A stretch of 63,483 bases of DNA, the filler included, from Chiloscyllium plagiosum (taxonomy: Eukaryota): NCBI RefSeq assembly GCF_004010195.1. It is 4 parts of one record of this genome, joined end to end, with 100 filler letters (N's around TTAATTAATTAA, not from the genome) between each part and the next. Parts side by side here need not be neighbours in the genome. Positions count along the whole stretch, not along the records: positions 44,813 to 61,551 come from NC_057714.1; positions 61,652 to 63,483 come from NC_057714.1; 2 more parts are not named here. One strand, given 5' to 3'. Position 1 is the stretch's first letter, and every line of letters starts with the position of its first letter. Below are positions 50,031 through 61,949 of this stretch, piece after piece. The position numbers were made by a program, and so were the translations under genes. The notes under the pieces are model-generated. The model ran no database searches. It was not told the origin of the DNA and saw only the letters and a list, made by a program, of their open reading frames with translations.

Positions 50031-50780
50031 ATAAGTCCATAAGACATAGGAGTGGAAGTAAGGCCATTCGGCCCATCGATTCCACTCTGCCATTCAATCA
50101 TGGCTGATGGGCATTTCAACTCCACTTACCCGCATTCTCCCCGTAGCCCTTAATTCTTTGTGACATCAAGAATTTATCAATCCCTGCCTTGAAGACATTT
50201 AGCATCCCAGCCTCCACTGCACTCTGCGGCAATGAATTCCACAGGCCCACCACTCTCTGGCTGAAGAAATGTCTCCGCATTTCTGTTCTGAATTTACCCC
50301 CTCTAATTCTAAGGCTGTGTCCACGGGTCCTAGTCTCCTCGCCTAACGGAAACAATTTCCTATCCTGAGGTGTGGGGCCCAAAACTGGACACAGTACTCC
50401 AAATGGGGCCGAACCAGAGCTTTATAAAATCTCAGTAGCACATCGCTGCTTTTATGTTCCAACCCTCTTGAGATAAATGACAACATTGCATTCGCTTTCT
50501 TAATCACGGACTCAACCTGCATGTTTACCTTTAGAGAATCCTCGACTAACACTCCCAGATCCCTTTGTACTTTGGCTTTATGAATTTTCTCACCGTTTAG
50601 AAAGTAGTCCATGCCTGTATTCTTTTTCCAAAGTGCAAGACCTCGCATTTGCTCACATTGAATTCCATCAGCCATTACCTGGACCACTCTCCCAAACTGT
50701 CTGGATCCTTCTGCAGCCTCCCCACTTCCTCAGTACTACCTGCCTATCAACCTGACTTCGTATCATCGGCAAACTTCGCT
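50031..50780 (-). mobile_element. Second-family CR1 3' fragment nested in the tail of the minus-strand CR1
   Basis: Own tail ataagtccataagacatagg; ORFs 50116-50382 and 50343-50687; TSD agacc at 50026-50030 and 50781-50785. Confidence 0.85.
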
Positions 50781-53420
50781 AGACCCTTCAGTCCAACCTG
50801 TCCATGCCAACCAGATATCCCAACCCAATCTAGTCCCACTTGCCAGTGTCTGTCCCATATCTCTGCAAACCCTTCCTATTCATATACTCATCCAGATGCC
50901 TTTTAAATGTTGCAATCATACCAGCCTCCATCACTTCCTCTGGCAGCTCATTCCGTACACGTACCACTCTTTGCGTGAAAAAGTTGCCCCTTAGGTTTCT
51001 TTTATATCTTTCCCATCTCACACTAAATCTATGCCCTCTAGCTCTAGACTCCCCCACCCCAGGGAAAAGACTTTATCTATTTATCCTATCCATGCCCCTC
51101 ATGATTTTATTAACCTCTATAAGGTCACCCCTCAGCCTCCGACGCTCCAGGGAAAACAGCCCCAGCCTGTTCAGCCTCTCCCTAAAGTTCAAATCCTCCA
51201 ATCCTGGCAACATCCTTGTAAATCTTTTCTGAACACTTTCAAGTTTCACAACATCTTTCCGATAGGAAGGAGACCAGAATTGCACGCAATATTCCAACAG
51301 TGACCTAACCAATGTAACCTCCAATTTTGGTGTCATCTGCAAACTTACTAACTATACCTCTTATGCTCACAATCAAATCATTGATATAAATGATGAAAAG
51401 TAGTGGACCCAGCACCGATCCTTTTGGCACTCCACTGGTCATAGGCCTCCAGTCTGAAAAACAACCCTATACCACCACCCTCTGTCTTCTACCGTTGAGC
51501 CAGTTCTGTATCCAAATGGCTAGTTCTTCTTGAATTCCATGATATCTAACCTTGCTCGCCAGTGTCCCTTGGGAAACCTTGTCGAATGCCTTACTGAAGT
51601 CCATATAGGTCGTGTCTACCGCTCTACCCTCATTAATCCTCTTTGTTACATCTTCAAAAAACTCAATCAAGTTTGTGAGACATCATTTCCCATGCACAAA
51701 GCCATGTTGACTGTCCCGAATCAGTCCTTGCCTTTCCAAATACTTGTACATCTTGTCCCTCAGGATTCCCTCCAACAACTTGCTCAACGCCGGCATCAGG
51801 CTCACTGGTCTATGGTTCCCTGGCTTGTCCCTACCACCCTTCTTAAACAGTGGCACCACGTTAGGCAACCTCCAGTCTTCCGGCACCTCATCTGACACTA
51901 TCGATGATACAAATATCTCAGTAAGAGGCCCAGCAATCACTTCTCTAGCTTCCCACAGAGTTCTCGGGTACATCTGATCAGGTCCTGGGGATTTATCCAC
52001 TTTTATGCGTTTCAAGACATCCAGCACTTCCTCCTCTGTAATATGGACATTTTGCAAGATGTCACCATCTATTTCCCAACATTCTATATCTTCCATATCC
52101 TTTTCCACAGTAAATACTGATGCAAAATACTCGTTTAGTATCTGCCCCATTTTCTGTGGTTCCACACAAAGGCTGCCTTGCTGATTTTTGAGGGGCCCTA
52201 TTCTCTCCCTAGTTACCCTTTTGTCCTTAATGTATTTGTAAAAACCCTTTGGATTTTCCTTAACTCTATTTGCCAAAGCTATCTCATGTCCCCTTTTTGC
52301 CCTCCTGATTTCTCTCTTATGCATACTCCTACTCCCTTTATACTCTTCTAAGGATTCCTATCTATACTTGACATATGCTTCCTTCTTTTTCTTAACCACT
52401 CAATTTCTTTAGTCATCCAGCATTCCCTATACCTACCAGCCTTTCCTTTCACCCTAACAGGAATATACTTTCTCTGGATTTACGTTATCTCAATACTGAA
52501 CGCTTACCATTTTCCATCTGTCCCTTTAACTGCGAACATCTGTGATCAATCAGCTTTTTAAAGTTCTTGCCTAATACCGTCAAAATTGACCTTCCTCTAA
52601 TTTAGAACTTTAACTTTTAGAATGGGTCTATCCTTTTCCATTGCTACTTTAAAACTAATAGAACTATGGTCACTGGCCCCAAAGCGCTCCCCCGCTGACA
52701 CCTCAGTCACCTGCCCTACCTTATTTCCCAAGAGTAGGTCAGGTTTTGAACCTTCTCTAGTAGGTACATCCGCATACTGAATCAGAAAATGTTCTTATAC
52801 ACACACTTAACAAATTCCCCTCCATATAAGCCCTTAACACGATGGCAGTCCCAGTCTATGTATGGAAAGTTAAAATCCCCTACCCTAACCGCTCTATTAT
52901 TCTTACAGATAACTCAGATCTCCTTACCTATTTGTTTCTCAATTTTCCTCTGACTATTAGGGGATCTATAATACGATCCCAATAAGGTGATCTTCCCTTT
53001 CTTTTTTCTCAGTTCCACCTAAATAACTTCCCTGGATGTATTTCCGGGAATATCCTCCCTCAGTACAGCCGTAATACTATCCCTTATCAAAAACAGCCCC
53101 CACCCCCCCTCTCTTGCGTCCCTTTCTGTCCTTCCTGTAGCAGATGTATCCTGGAACATTAAGCTGCCAGACCTGTCCATCCCTGAGCCATGTTTCTGTA
53201 ATTGCTATGGTCCCATGTTCCTAACCATGCCCTGAGTTCACCTGCCTTCCCTGTTAGGCCCCTTGCATTGAAAAAAATGCAGCTTAATTTATCAGTCCTA
53301 CCTTGTTCTCTGTTTTGTCCCTGCCTGCCCTGACTGTTTGAGTCACCTTTGTTCTCCACTGTACCCGTCTCAGATTGAAATCTTTCCTCACTATCTCCCT
53401 TGGTCCCACCCTCCACCTTA

Positions 53421-53855
53421 CTAGTTTAAATCCTGCCGAGCAGCTCTAGCAAATCTCCCTGCCAGTACATTAGTCCCCTTCCAATTTAAGTGCAATCTGT
53501 TCTTCTTATACAGGTCACTTCTACCCCAAAACAGCTTCCAATGATCCAAACGTGTGAACCCTCCTCCCATAGACCAGCTCCTCAGCCATGCATTCATCTG
53601 CTCTATTCTCCTATTCCTGCCCTCACTAGCTTGTAGCACTGGGAGTAATCCAGATATTACTACACTCGAGGACCTCTTTTTTAAATTCCTGCCTAACTCT
53701 CTGTAATCTCCCTTCAGAATCTCAACCTTTTCTCTTCCTATGTCATTGGTTCCAATGTGGACAATGACCTCTTGCTGGCCCCTCTCCCCCGTGAGAATAT
53801 TCTGCACCCTCTCTGAGACATCCTTGATCCTGGCACCAGGAAAGCAACACACCAT
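53421..53855 (-). pseudogene. CR1 ORF1 SGNH-esterase domain (transposon-derived, partial)
   Basis: VCCFPGARIKDV...VIVHIGTNDIG...LYKKNRLHLNWKG: GxND block and a DxxH-like motif altered to NRLH. Confidence 0.85.
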
Positions 53856-56800
53856 TTTAATTTTTCACTGCTGGCCACAGAAACATCTGTCTGTACCTTG
53901 GACTAGAGAGTCCCCTAACATAATCGATCACTTGAAATCCAACATGCCTCTCATTACATTAGAGCCAGTCTCAATACCAGAAACTTGGTTGTTCGTGTTA
54001 CGCTCTCCTGAGAATCCATCAGCCCCTACATTTTCCAAAATGGCATACTTGTTTGAAATGGGGATAGCCACAGAAGACTCCTGCACTACCTGGAATTAAC
54101 CCATCTATGTGACTGTATCTGTGACTTTTCCCCCTTCCTATAACTGTCATCCATCCAAACCCCTTATTCTTGTAAATTCCTCATTGCCTCTAACTCCTCT
54201 CCAACCGATCCATTCAATCTGATAGGATTCACAATCAACGGCATTTATTGCAGATATAATCCTCAGTAACATGGAAACTCTCCCTAAACTCCCACATCCG
54301 ACAAGAAGAGCATATCACTCTACTAAAGGCCATTTTTGCTTCTTTCAATCTACAGACCCAGAAGATAGCACTGCCTTATTCCTCTACAAACCACTGCTCC
54401 AGGTTAAGTTAATGCTTATGGCTTATATTTTAAGTTTAATTAAGAGACACAGCTCAATAAAACATATAATCTAGAAAGAACCCACTTTACTCACGATTGC
54501 AGGCTTACTTTAAGGCCATGCTTAAAATCCACTTGTCTGTTTCTGTGCTGTGACCTTTCCCAGACAGGTTCCTCCAAGATCAGTTGTGAATTTCACTGTT
54601 ATTTAATTTTCCCAGATGCCCTCCGACGTTCAGCGATATATGAATTCAAAAGCAAAGGCAGTAACTGCTAACTCTGTCAGTTAGCAATGTGGGTTTCTTT
54701 CTTTCTCGCTCTCTCTCTCTCCTGCACTGACCTCACCATGTGCTTCCTTTGTCTGTTCTTCTCCCTTCTAAAAGTGTTGCTGTTTAACTTTTTTTTCTCC
54801 AAAGTTCCAAAACCATGGAACAGCATATAAAACAGTAATTGCTGTTCCTAGAATTCGAGGAAATCACCTCCAACACCTAAAATACCTCAAAAAGCAGCAG
54901 CCTGTTATAGCCAGAAATTTTTCCCATATTTCATCTTGGATTACCCAGAATCCTAGCAGTAGGACTACACTTAAGAGAAAAATCAGGAGGGCAAAAAGGG
55001 GATATGAGATAGCTCTGGCAAATACAGTTAAGGAGAATCCAAAGGGTTTTTACAAATACATTAAGGACAAAAGGATATCTAGGGAGAGAATAGGGCCCCT
55101 CAAAGATCAGCATGGCCGCCTTTGTGTGGAGCCGCAGGAGGTGGGGCAGACACTAAACGAGTATTTTGCATCAGTATTTACTGTGGAAAAGGATATGGAA
55201 GATATAGAATGTTGGGAAATAGATGGTGACATCCTGCAAAATGTCCAGATTACAGAGGAGGAAGTGCTGGATGTCTTGAAATGCATAAAAGTGGATAAAT
55301 CCCCAGGACCTGATCAGGTGTAATCTAGAACTCTGTGGGAAGCTAGGAAAGCGATTGCTGGGCCTCTTCCTGAGATATTTGTATCAACGATAGTGGCAGG
55401 TGAGATGCTGGAAGACTGGATGTTGCCTAACGTGGTGCCACTGTTTAAGAAGGGTGGTAGGGACAAGCCAGGGAACCATAGACCAGTGAGCCTGATGCCT
55501 GCGTTGTGCAAGTTGTTGGAGGGAATCCTGAGGGACAGGATGTACATGTATTTGGAAAGGAAAGGACTGATTAGGGATAGTCAACATGGCTTTGTGCGTG
55601 GGAAATCATGTCTCACAAACTTGATTGAGGTTTTTTGAAGAAGTAACAAAGAGGATTGATGAGGACAGAACGGTAGATGTGATCCATATGGACTTCAGTA
55701 AGGCATTCGACAAGGTTCCCCAAGGGACACTGGTGAGCAAAATTAGATCTCATGAAATTCATGGAGAACTAGCCATTTGGATACAGAACTGGCTCAAAGG
55801 TAGAAGACAGAGGGTGGTGGTGGAGGGTTGCTTTTCAGACTGGAGGCCAGTGACCAGTGGAGTGCCACAAGGATAGGTGCTGGGTCCACTACTTTTCATC
55901 ATTTATATAAATGATGTGGATGTGAGCATAAGAGATATAGTTAGTAAGTTTGCAGATGACACCAAAGTTGGAGGTGTAGTGGACAGCGAAGAGGGTTACC
56001 TCAGATTACAACAGGATCTGGATCAGGTGGGCTAATGGGTTGAGAAGTGGCAGATGGAGTTTAATTCAGATAAATGCGAGGTGCTGCATTTTGGGAAAAC
56101 AACTCTTAGCAGGACTTATACACTTAATGGTAAGGTCCTAGGGAGTGTTACTGAACAAAGAGACCTTGGAGTGCAGGTTCATAACTCCTTCAAAGTGGAG
56201 TCGCAGGAGAATAGAATAATGGAGAAGGCATTTGGTATGCTTTCCTTTATTGGTCAGAGTACTGAGTACTGGAATTGGGAGGTCATGTTGCAGCTGTACA
56301 GGACATTGGTTAGGCCACTGTTGGAATATTGCGTGCAATTCTGGTCTCCTTCCTATTGGAATGATGTTGTGAAACTTGAAAGGGTTCAGAAAAGATTTAC
56401 AAGAATGTTGCCAGAGTTGGAGGATTTCAGCTATAGGGAGAGGCTGAACAGGCTGGGGCTGTTTTCCCTGGAGCATCGGAGAGTGCTCTCGAGTGTATAA
56501 AATTATGAGGGGCATGGATAGGATAAATAGACTAAGTCTCTTCCCTGGGATGGGGAGTCCTGAACTAGAGGGCATAGGTTTAGGGTGAGATGGGAATGCT
56601 ATAAAAGAGACCTCAGGGGCAACATTTTCACTCAGAAGGTGGTACGTGAATGGAATGAGCTGCCAGAGGAAGTGGTGAAGGCTGGTACATTTGCAACATT
56701 TAAAAGGCATCTGGATGGAATATGATAAAAGGCATATGCATAGGAAGGGTTTGGAGGGATATGGGCCGGGTACTGGCAGGTGGACTAGATTGGGTTGGGT

Positions 56801-59800
56801 TATCTGGTCGGCATGGACAAGTTGAACCAAGGGATCTGTTTCCATGCTGTACACCTCCATGATTCTATGACTTTGTGACATAAACACAGTGGCTACAATA
56901 CTGTAATGGGTAACTCATCTCCTGACTCCCCAAAGCCACCATCTACAATGTACAAGTCAAGAGTGGGATGGAATATCCCCCCATTTTCCTGGATGAGTGT
57001 AGCTTCAACAGCACTCAAGAAGCTTGACACCATTCAGGACAGAGCAATCTGCTTGATTGGCATTACATCCACCAGTATCCACTCCCTCCACCATCAAAAC
57101 TGAGTAGCAGCAGGGTGTACTATCTATAAAACGCACTGCAGAAATTCACCAAAGATCCTCAGACAGCACCTTCCAATCTAACAACATGGGAACACCACCA
57201 CTTTCCAGTTCCCCTCCAAGCCACTCATCATTCTGACTTGGAAATATATCGCCTTCACTGTCACTGAGTCAAAATCCTGGAATTCCATTCCTAATGGCAT
57301 TGTGGGTCAACCCACAGCATGTAACCTGCAGTGGCACAAGAAGGCAGGTCATCGCCACCTTCTCGAGGGCAAATAAGGATGGGAAATAAATACTGGCACG
57401 GCTCACATCCAACAAATGAATTTTAAAAACCCTCGACCAATTACGACTAAAGCCATCATCTGACTAGGCCATCATGAAGTAGACTATTGGTGCCCTGGAG
57501 AAATGGTCCGACAACCTGGACCTTTCAGTTGTTAAGGGGGAAGCACTCCAGTACTCAACAAATTGTTTCTTGCAATTCCCTTTAGTTGCAATAAGGCGAT
57601 CAAGAAGGTGAGGCCCTTACCATCATGCTTTCAATGAAGACCTCTAATTGAGAAAAGGAAGTGGTATCTGGGACATTAATAAGCTGTACAGAAATTTCTC
57701 CTTGGAATCCAAATATATTCAGGATTTAAATCAATGATTGGGATTTTTGCTTCTGCTTTGTTTAGCTGGTCAGTTGCCCAGTCCGTTTCAGATCCCAGCA
57801 CTGTACAATCCTGCACTCCAGACATGGCCCCCGGTCTTTTAAAGGGCCACACCAAGTAATGGCAGCTCCAGAGTAGGTTTGCCATCCCATTAAAGATGGC
57901 AACCTGTTCCCCAATTTTGTATCAACACTACGTGAAGGGAAAGCTGTAGATTTATAAGAGAGACAAAGAGGGCACCTCAACATGGGAGCAACCTCGGAGG
58001 AAGACATCAGGCTTTTTTTAAATTTAAAATTGCCACAGCAGTGTAGCTAATATAGTGAATGGATATCATTTCCCCCAACTGCAGCAGTTCTTATGAGTCT
58101 TATGGGAAGATAATTGGAGGGTTTCAACTCCGATCCATCGCTCTCCCTTCCTCATTCTCCAACTTAAGCCCACCACACTGGCTTGGAAATGATCCAGGAC
58201 AATCTGCATCATCCATATTGCCAGCAGAAAACCCCACTCAGCGCTGTAACAGCTCCTTAATAGGCCTTGTATTTACTATTAATTGCATTGAATTAACTGC
58301 AGCTCATCTGCCCCTGAGCTCAGGGCTATGATGATGGTGGGAAACTGGCACAATTCCCAGCCTCCAGGTCACCACACTCAGCTGTGACACATTTAAAAAT
58401 CCAGTCCAAATAACTAATCATTCAAACTTGAAAGATGGTATTTTATTTCATTTTGTGTGCATAATTTATGTTAGTATTAAACGCATTTTAATTGGGATTT
58501 AACATCTCCCTCGGTAACCCGTTTCATTAAGGCATAAATCTGTCCAGTAGTCCTGCCACAAATGGAAGTGCACCAATTTGTACAATGCTGGAGTACATTA
58601 ACACTGATTATCCTGCAATCAGAGAGCTTTTGGATGTGTAAACAATTTGCACATTTTACAAACCAGCTTCAGTTTCAAACTATTTAAGGAATTTAAAGGG
58701 GCAGTTAAAATACTCAATGGATAGTAATATTCCATCGAACAATCTTGATGATTTACTTGGCATAATACTGATTAAAACTGTATTTTGGAAATACAAGTCT
58801 TACATACAACTTTGTGGAATGCATCACAATAATGACTGTAGGCATTTTCATTGTGTTGGTAGGACAGGGAAGGGAATTGGTCATCCTACATTATCCCATC
58901 CATGCTTGTTTCAGTGTCACATTATTGTGTCACTTTTAGATTGTGGGTGGCAGGGAGATGGAGGTGTGAATCCCTTGATGTTTTGGCCTAAATTTGAGGT
59001 TGGGGCTATATAAGAACCCAGGCTTAATCTATAATATTTCACTTGAACTTGCTGGATTGCATGGCCAATGTACACCTCCAGCACTTCCAGAGATATGGCA
59101 CAAGTTTATCACAGCAGGAGAGGAAAGTTCTAAAACATTCTACTCATAAAATGCATTTTAATTACAGAAGGTAAACAGGGATTATTCATAATTTAAGACT
59201 GTAAACTACTTCATTGAAAATAGTTGGCGATACGTGGGACAACAATAAGATCAGCTGAGAGGAATGAGGCAGATGGTGGAATTTTTTAGGTAACACATTC
59301 CTGTCAGTCACAGCAGTCCCACAACAGTGTCATGCTTTAAGTGTTAACAGGACTTTGGCCCGTCACTGGGAGACCGTGCTGCCCCAGAGAACTACCAACT
59401 ATTCGCTGGAAGCTCTGTGATCCCAACAGTGCCAGCAACAGCAGTAGTGGCCAGGACTGGGGCTACAGCAAAGTCTCAGACTGTGGGAGCACATAATTAG
59501 AGGGGTCTGGTGGTGGGGAGGTCTGGCCAGTTGAATGAACAAGGTGGAGGAGGGTGGAGGAGGGGTTGGGGGTCTTCAAGGAGAGGCTGGAGTAGGGAGA
59601 AAAGCATCCTACTGGGGCAGGGGGAAGGGTTGTTTTTCTTTGAAGAAAGGAGCTGCTCCAAGGGATGCATGTCCCTTCCCATTTGAGGCCTGAACAGCAT
59701 GACATGCAAATATACCTTCTCCCCAATCTCCACCCACGCAATGGCCTCATTAACCTCAAACAAAATTTTGATAAGGTCAAGGGAGGGTGAAAGAAAGCCA

Positions 59801-59994
59801 GCTGGGGAGTTTTGCACTCCCACCCCACCCTCACTGCCAAATCCCCAGCCAGTGGGTCTGTACAACTTTGAACATAAACCTCAGTGGGGATCAAACTCCT
59901 CCAATGGTTCTTACCATCTTATTACAGACTAGGACGATTGACAACATTCCTGGCACGTAGTGTATTAATGTACCATGGATCACAACATATAAAT

Positions 59995-60198
59995 CAAAAA
60001 TCACACAGCACCAGGTTATAGTCCAACAGGTTTATTCGGAAGTACTAGCTTTCACAGCACTGCTCATTCAGTTACCCAACGAAGGAGCAGCGCTCTGAAA
60101 GCTTGTACTTCCAAATAAACCTGTTGGACTATAACCTAGTGTTGTGTGATTTTTAACTTTGTCCACCCCAGTCCAACACTTAGCACCTCCACATCATG
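59995..60198 (+). mobile_element. Fold-back PLE mini-insertion (family B), hammerhead decayed
   Basis: Palindrome 59996-60154 plus tail tgtccaccccagtccaacac...ctccacatcatg; TSD caacatataa/cagcatataa. Confidence 0.82.
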
Positions 60199-60514
60199 GC
60201 CAGCATATAATTCAACCTTACCTGGAACACAACACTTCATTTGCTGCCAAAATTTATGTTAAGGCATTACTCAACACATTAATCAACCGCTCCCCCACCC
60301 CCCATCCCCCTTTTTCGAATCAGAAATGCTGAATTCATATCAGGAGCCAGCCTCATTTTTTATACCTCAGAAATGCATGGGTTACTCACCTTGTAAGTCA
60401 GCACATGGAGTTAAGCAGCTAATGTAGTCCCTTTTACCAAGCAGATGGGTAGGAGTTTAACATTGAGCAGACTATACATGGTAAATGACAAACAGAAACT
60501 GGTCCCCCTGCGTA

Positions 60515-60940
60515 ATGGATGAAGTTGGTTTCAAGCCAAAAGTTGTAACATTTGCCAATTTACCAATATTTGAGCTGAAGCAAGGAAATTTGGTGTTAGT
60601 GTCAAACTGGTGCCAAAATAGAAGAAGAATAAGCAATCTGTCCTGATAAAGATACCCAAGACCAAATCTGCCAAGAGACATGACCAGCCACTGGCCTGAT
60701 CTTGACAGGCATGTGACAGAATGGGCTCTTGAAAATCATTGGAGTGGTTACATACAGAAATGCAATGTGAATTATGCTCTTTAGTGGGTCAAATCATATG
60801 GCAAAGATTTCAGTGCAGTAGCGAATTGGAGTCGCCACTTTATAGAATAAAAATGTCTAGAGTTGTGACAGAATATCAAGATAACCGTAGAAACTGCCAA
60901 GACTTTGATGCCAAAACTAACACATCCCAGCAATTTCTCA
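60515..60940 (+). mobile_element. Pogo-superfamily transposase relic (N-terminal DNA-binding domains)
   Basis: Across frameshifts: GFKPKVVTFA...AEARKFGVSVKLV...HWPDLDRHVTEWALEN...DFSAVANWSRHF...KLP, resembling the Brinker plus CENP-B HTH region of POGK-like transposases. Confidence 0.6.
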
Positions 60941-61204
60941 CCAGACAGTGCCTCAGCCGAAGTGACTCACAATAAATGCAATGATTTATGTGTTGGAGCC
61001 AAAAAACAGTGTTATTTGGCAGTTTGTAAAACATATTGATTGTTGTTAAAGATATTTTGTGGAATTAATTTATTGAATAATATTGATCTAATTTGCTGAT
61101 GTTATTATTTTCATATTTTAGCCACCCACATAGAACTGACAATTAACATTTTATATTCAGCCTGTATGTCAACTCCCTGTTTTACTGGGGAAAGGACATA
61201 CAGA

Positions 61205-61551
61205 ACCTCCACCTCAGGAGATCTCCCACCCACAGCTTCCAACCTCATATCCGGGAACCCCGCACTGCCCGGTTCTACCTCCTTCCTAAGATCCACAAGC
61301 CTGACCACCTTGGCTGACCCATTGTCTCAGCATGCTCCTGCCCCACTGAACTCATTTCTACCTACCTCGACACTGTCCTATCCCCCCTAGTCCAGGAACT
61401 CCCCACATACGTTCGAGACACCACCCACGCCCTCCACCTCCTCCAAGACTTCCCTCTCCCCGGCCCCCAACGCCTCATCTTCACCATGGATATCCAATCC
61501 CTCTACACCTCCATCCGCCATGAACAGGGCCTCCAAGCCCTCCGTTTTTTT
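61205..61551 (+). mobile_element. PLE reverse-transcriptase fragment running into a gap
   Basis: EPRTARFYLLPKIHKPDHLG*PIVSACSCPTELISTYLD...YVRDTTHAL...LIFTMDIQSLYTSI are PLE RT motifs. Confidence 0.88.
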
Positions 61552-61651
61552 NNNNNNNNNNNNNNNNNNNNNNNNNNNNNNNNNNNNNNNNNNNNTTAAT
61601 TAATTAANNNNNNNNNNNNNNNNNNNNNNNNNNNNNNNNNNNNNNNNNNNN
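61552..61651. other. Assembly gap with artificial linker
   Basis: N44-TTAATTAATTAA-N44. Confidence 0.97.
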
Positions 61652-61949
61652 GGGGGGAAAGGAAGAGAGGTGTGGATATTCAGGCCAATGCTGGGGGAGG
61701 AAAGATGAATGAGGCGTGACAGGCTGTTGCTCACTTAATACCTGGAGCTTGGGACAAACGTCTTTGCTTGGTGAATGTGAGAGCATTAGTTGTAAGAAGG
61801 AGGTAATAATGGGGGAGGCACCATATGCTGTGGCAGGGGCTAAAAGGTGGGTAATGGAGAACAGGCTGCTTCACAGGAAGAGACTCTGTGGAACCCATTG
61901 TTGATGCTCACTGATCTGAGTGGAAATGTGATCAAAGGCCAGTTAGAGA

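Larger units (their letters stand above)
49993..54956 (-). mobile_element. Near full-length CR1 LINE (5'UTR, ORF1 esterase, ORF2, tail) with an internal deletion near 51316
   Basis: Tail atcatagagtcatagagatgtacagc at 49992; ORF2 51683-52324 (KSPGPD, NHRPVSL, SQHGF); ORF1 53421-53855; the ORF track joins MQMTPKLEV directly to [10 protein letters not shown], marking the deletion. Confidence 0.9.
49108..56872 (+). mobile_element. CR1 LINE ORF2 to 3' tail, split into 49108-49992 and ~54957-56872
   Basis: Endonuclease GLYYRPPNSQREIE...GDFNFP. The sequence breaks at gaatccgtagaa and resumes at gtaggactacacttaagag. RT motifs at 55393-56500; tail atgattctatgact. Confidence 0.9.
48940..57430 (+). mobile_element. 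L2/CR1-group LINE split into 48940-49107 and 56874-57430 by a CR1 nest
   Basis: ...attgaccagaaactcaactg is continued by ...ataaacacagtggctacaa after the nest (compare 24595-24650); TSD-like tgtgaacat/tgtgacat. Confidence 0.7.

Noticed and set aside
56138..56887. 249-aa minus-strand ORF and similar antisense ORFs over LINEs (e.g. 11362-11889, 50840-51232)
   Set aside because: Antisense shadows of CR1 ORF2.
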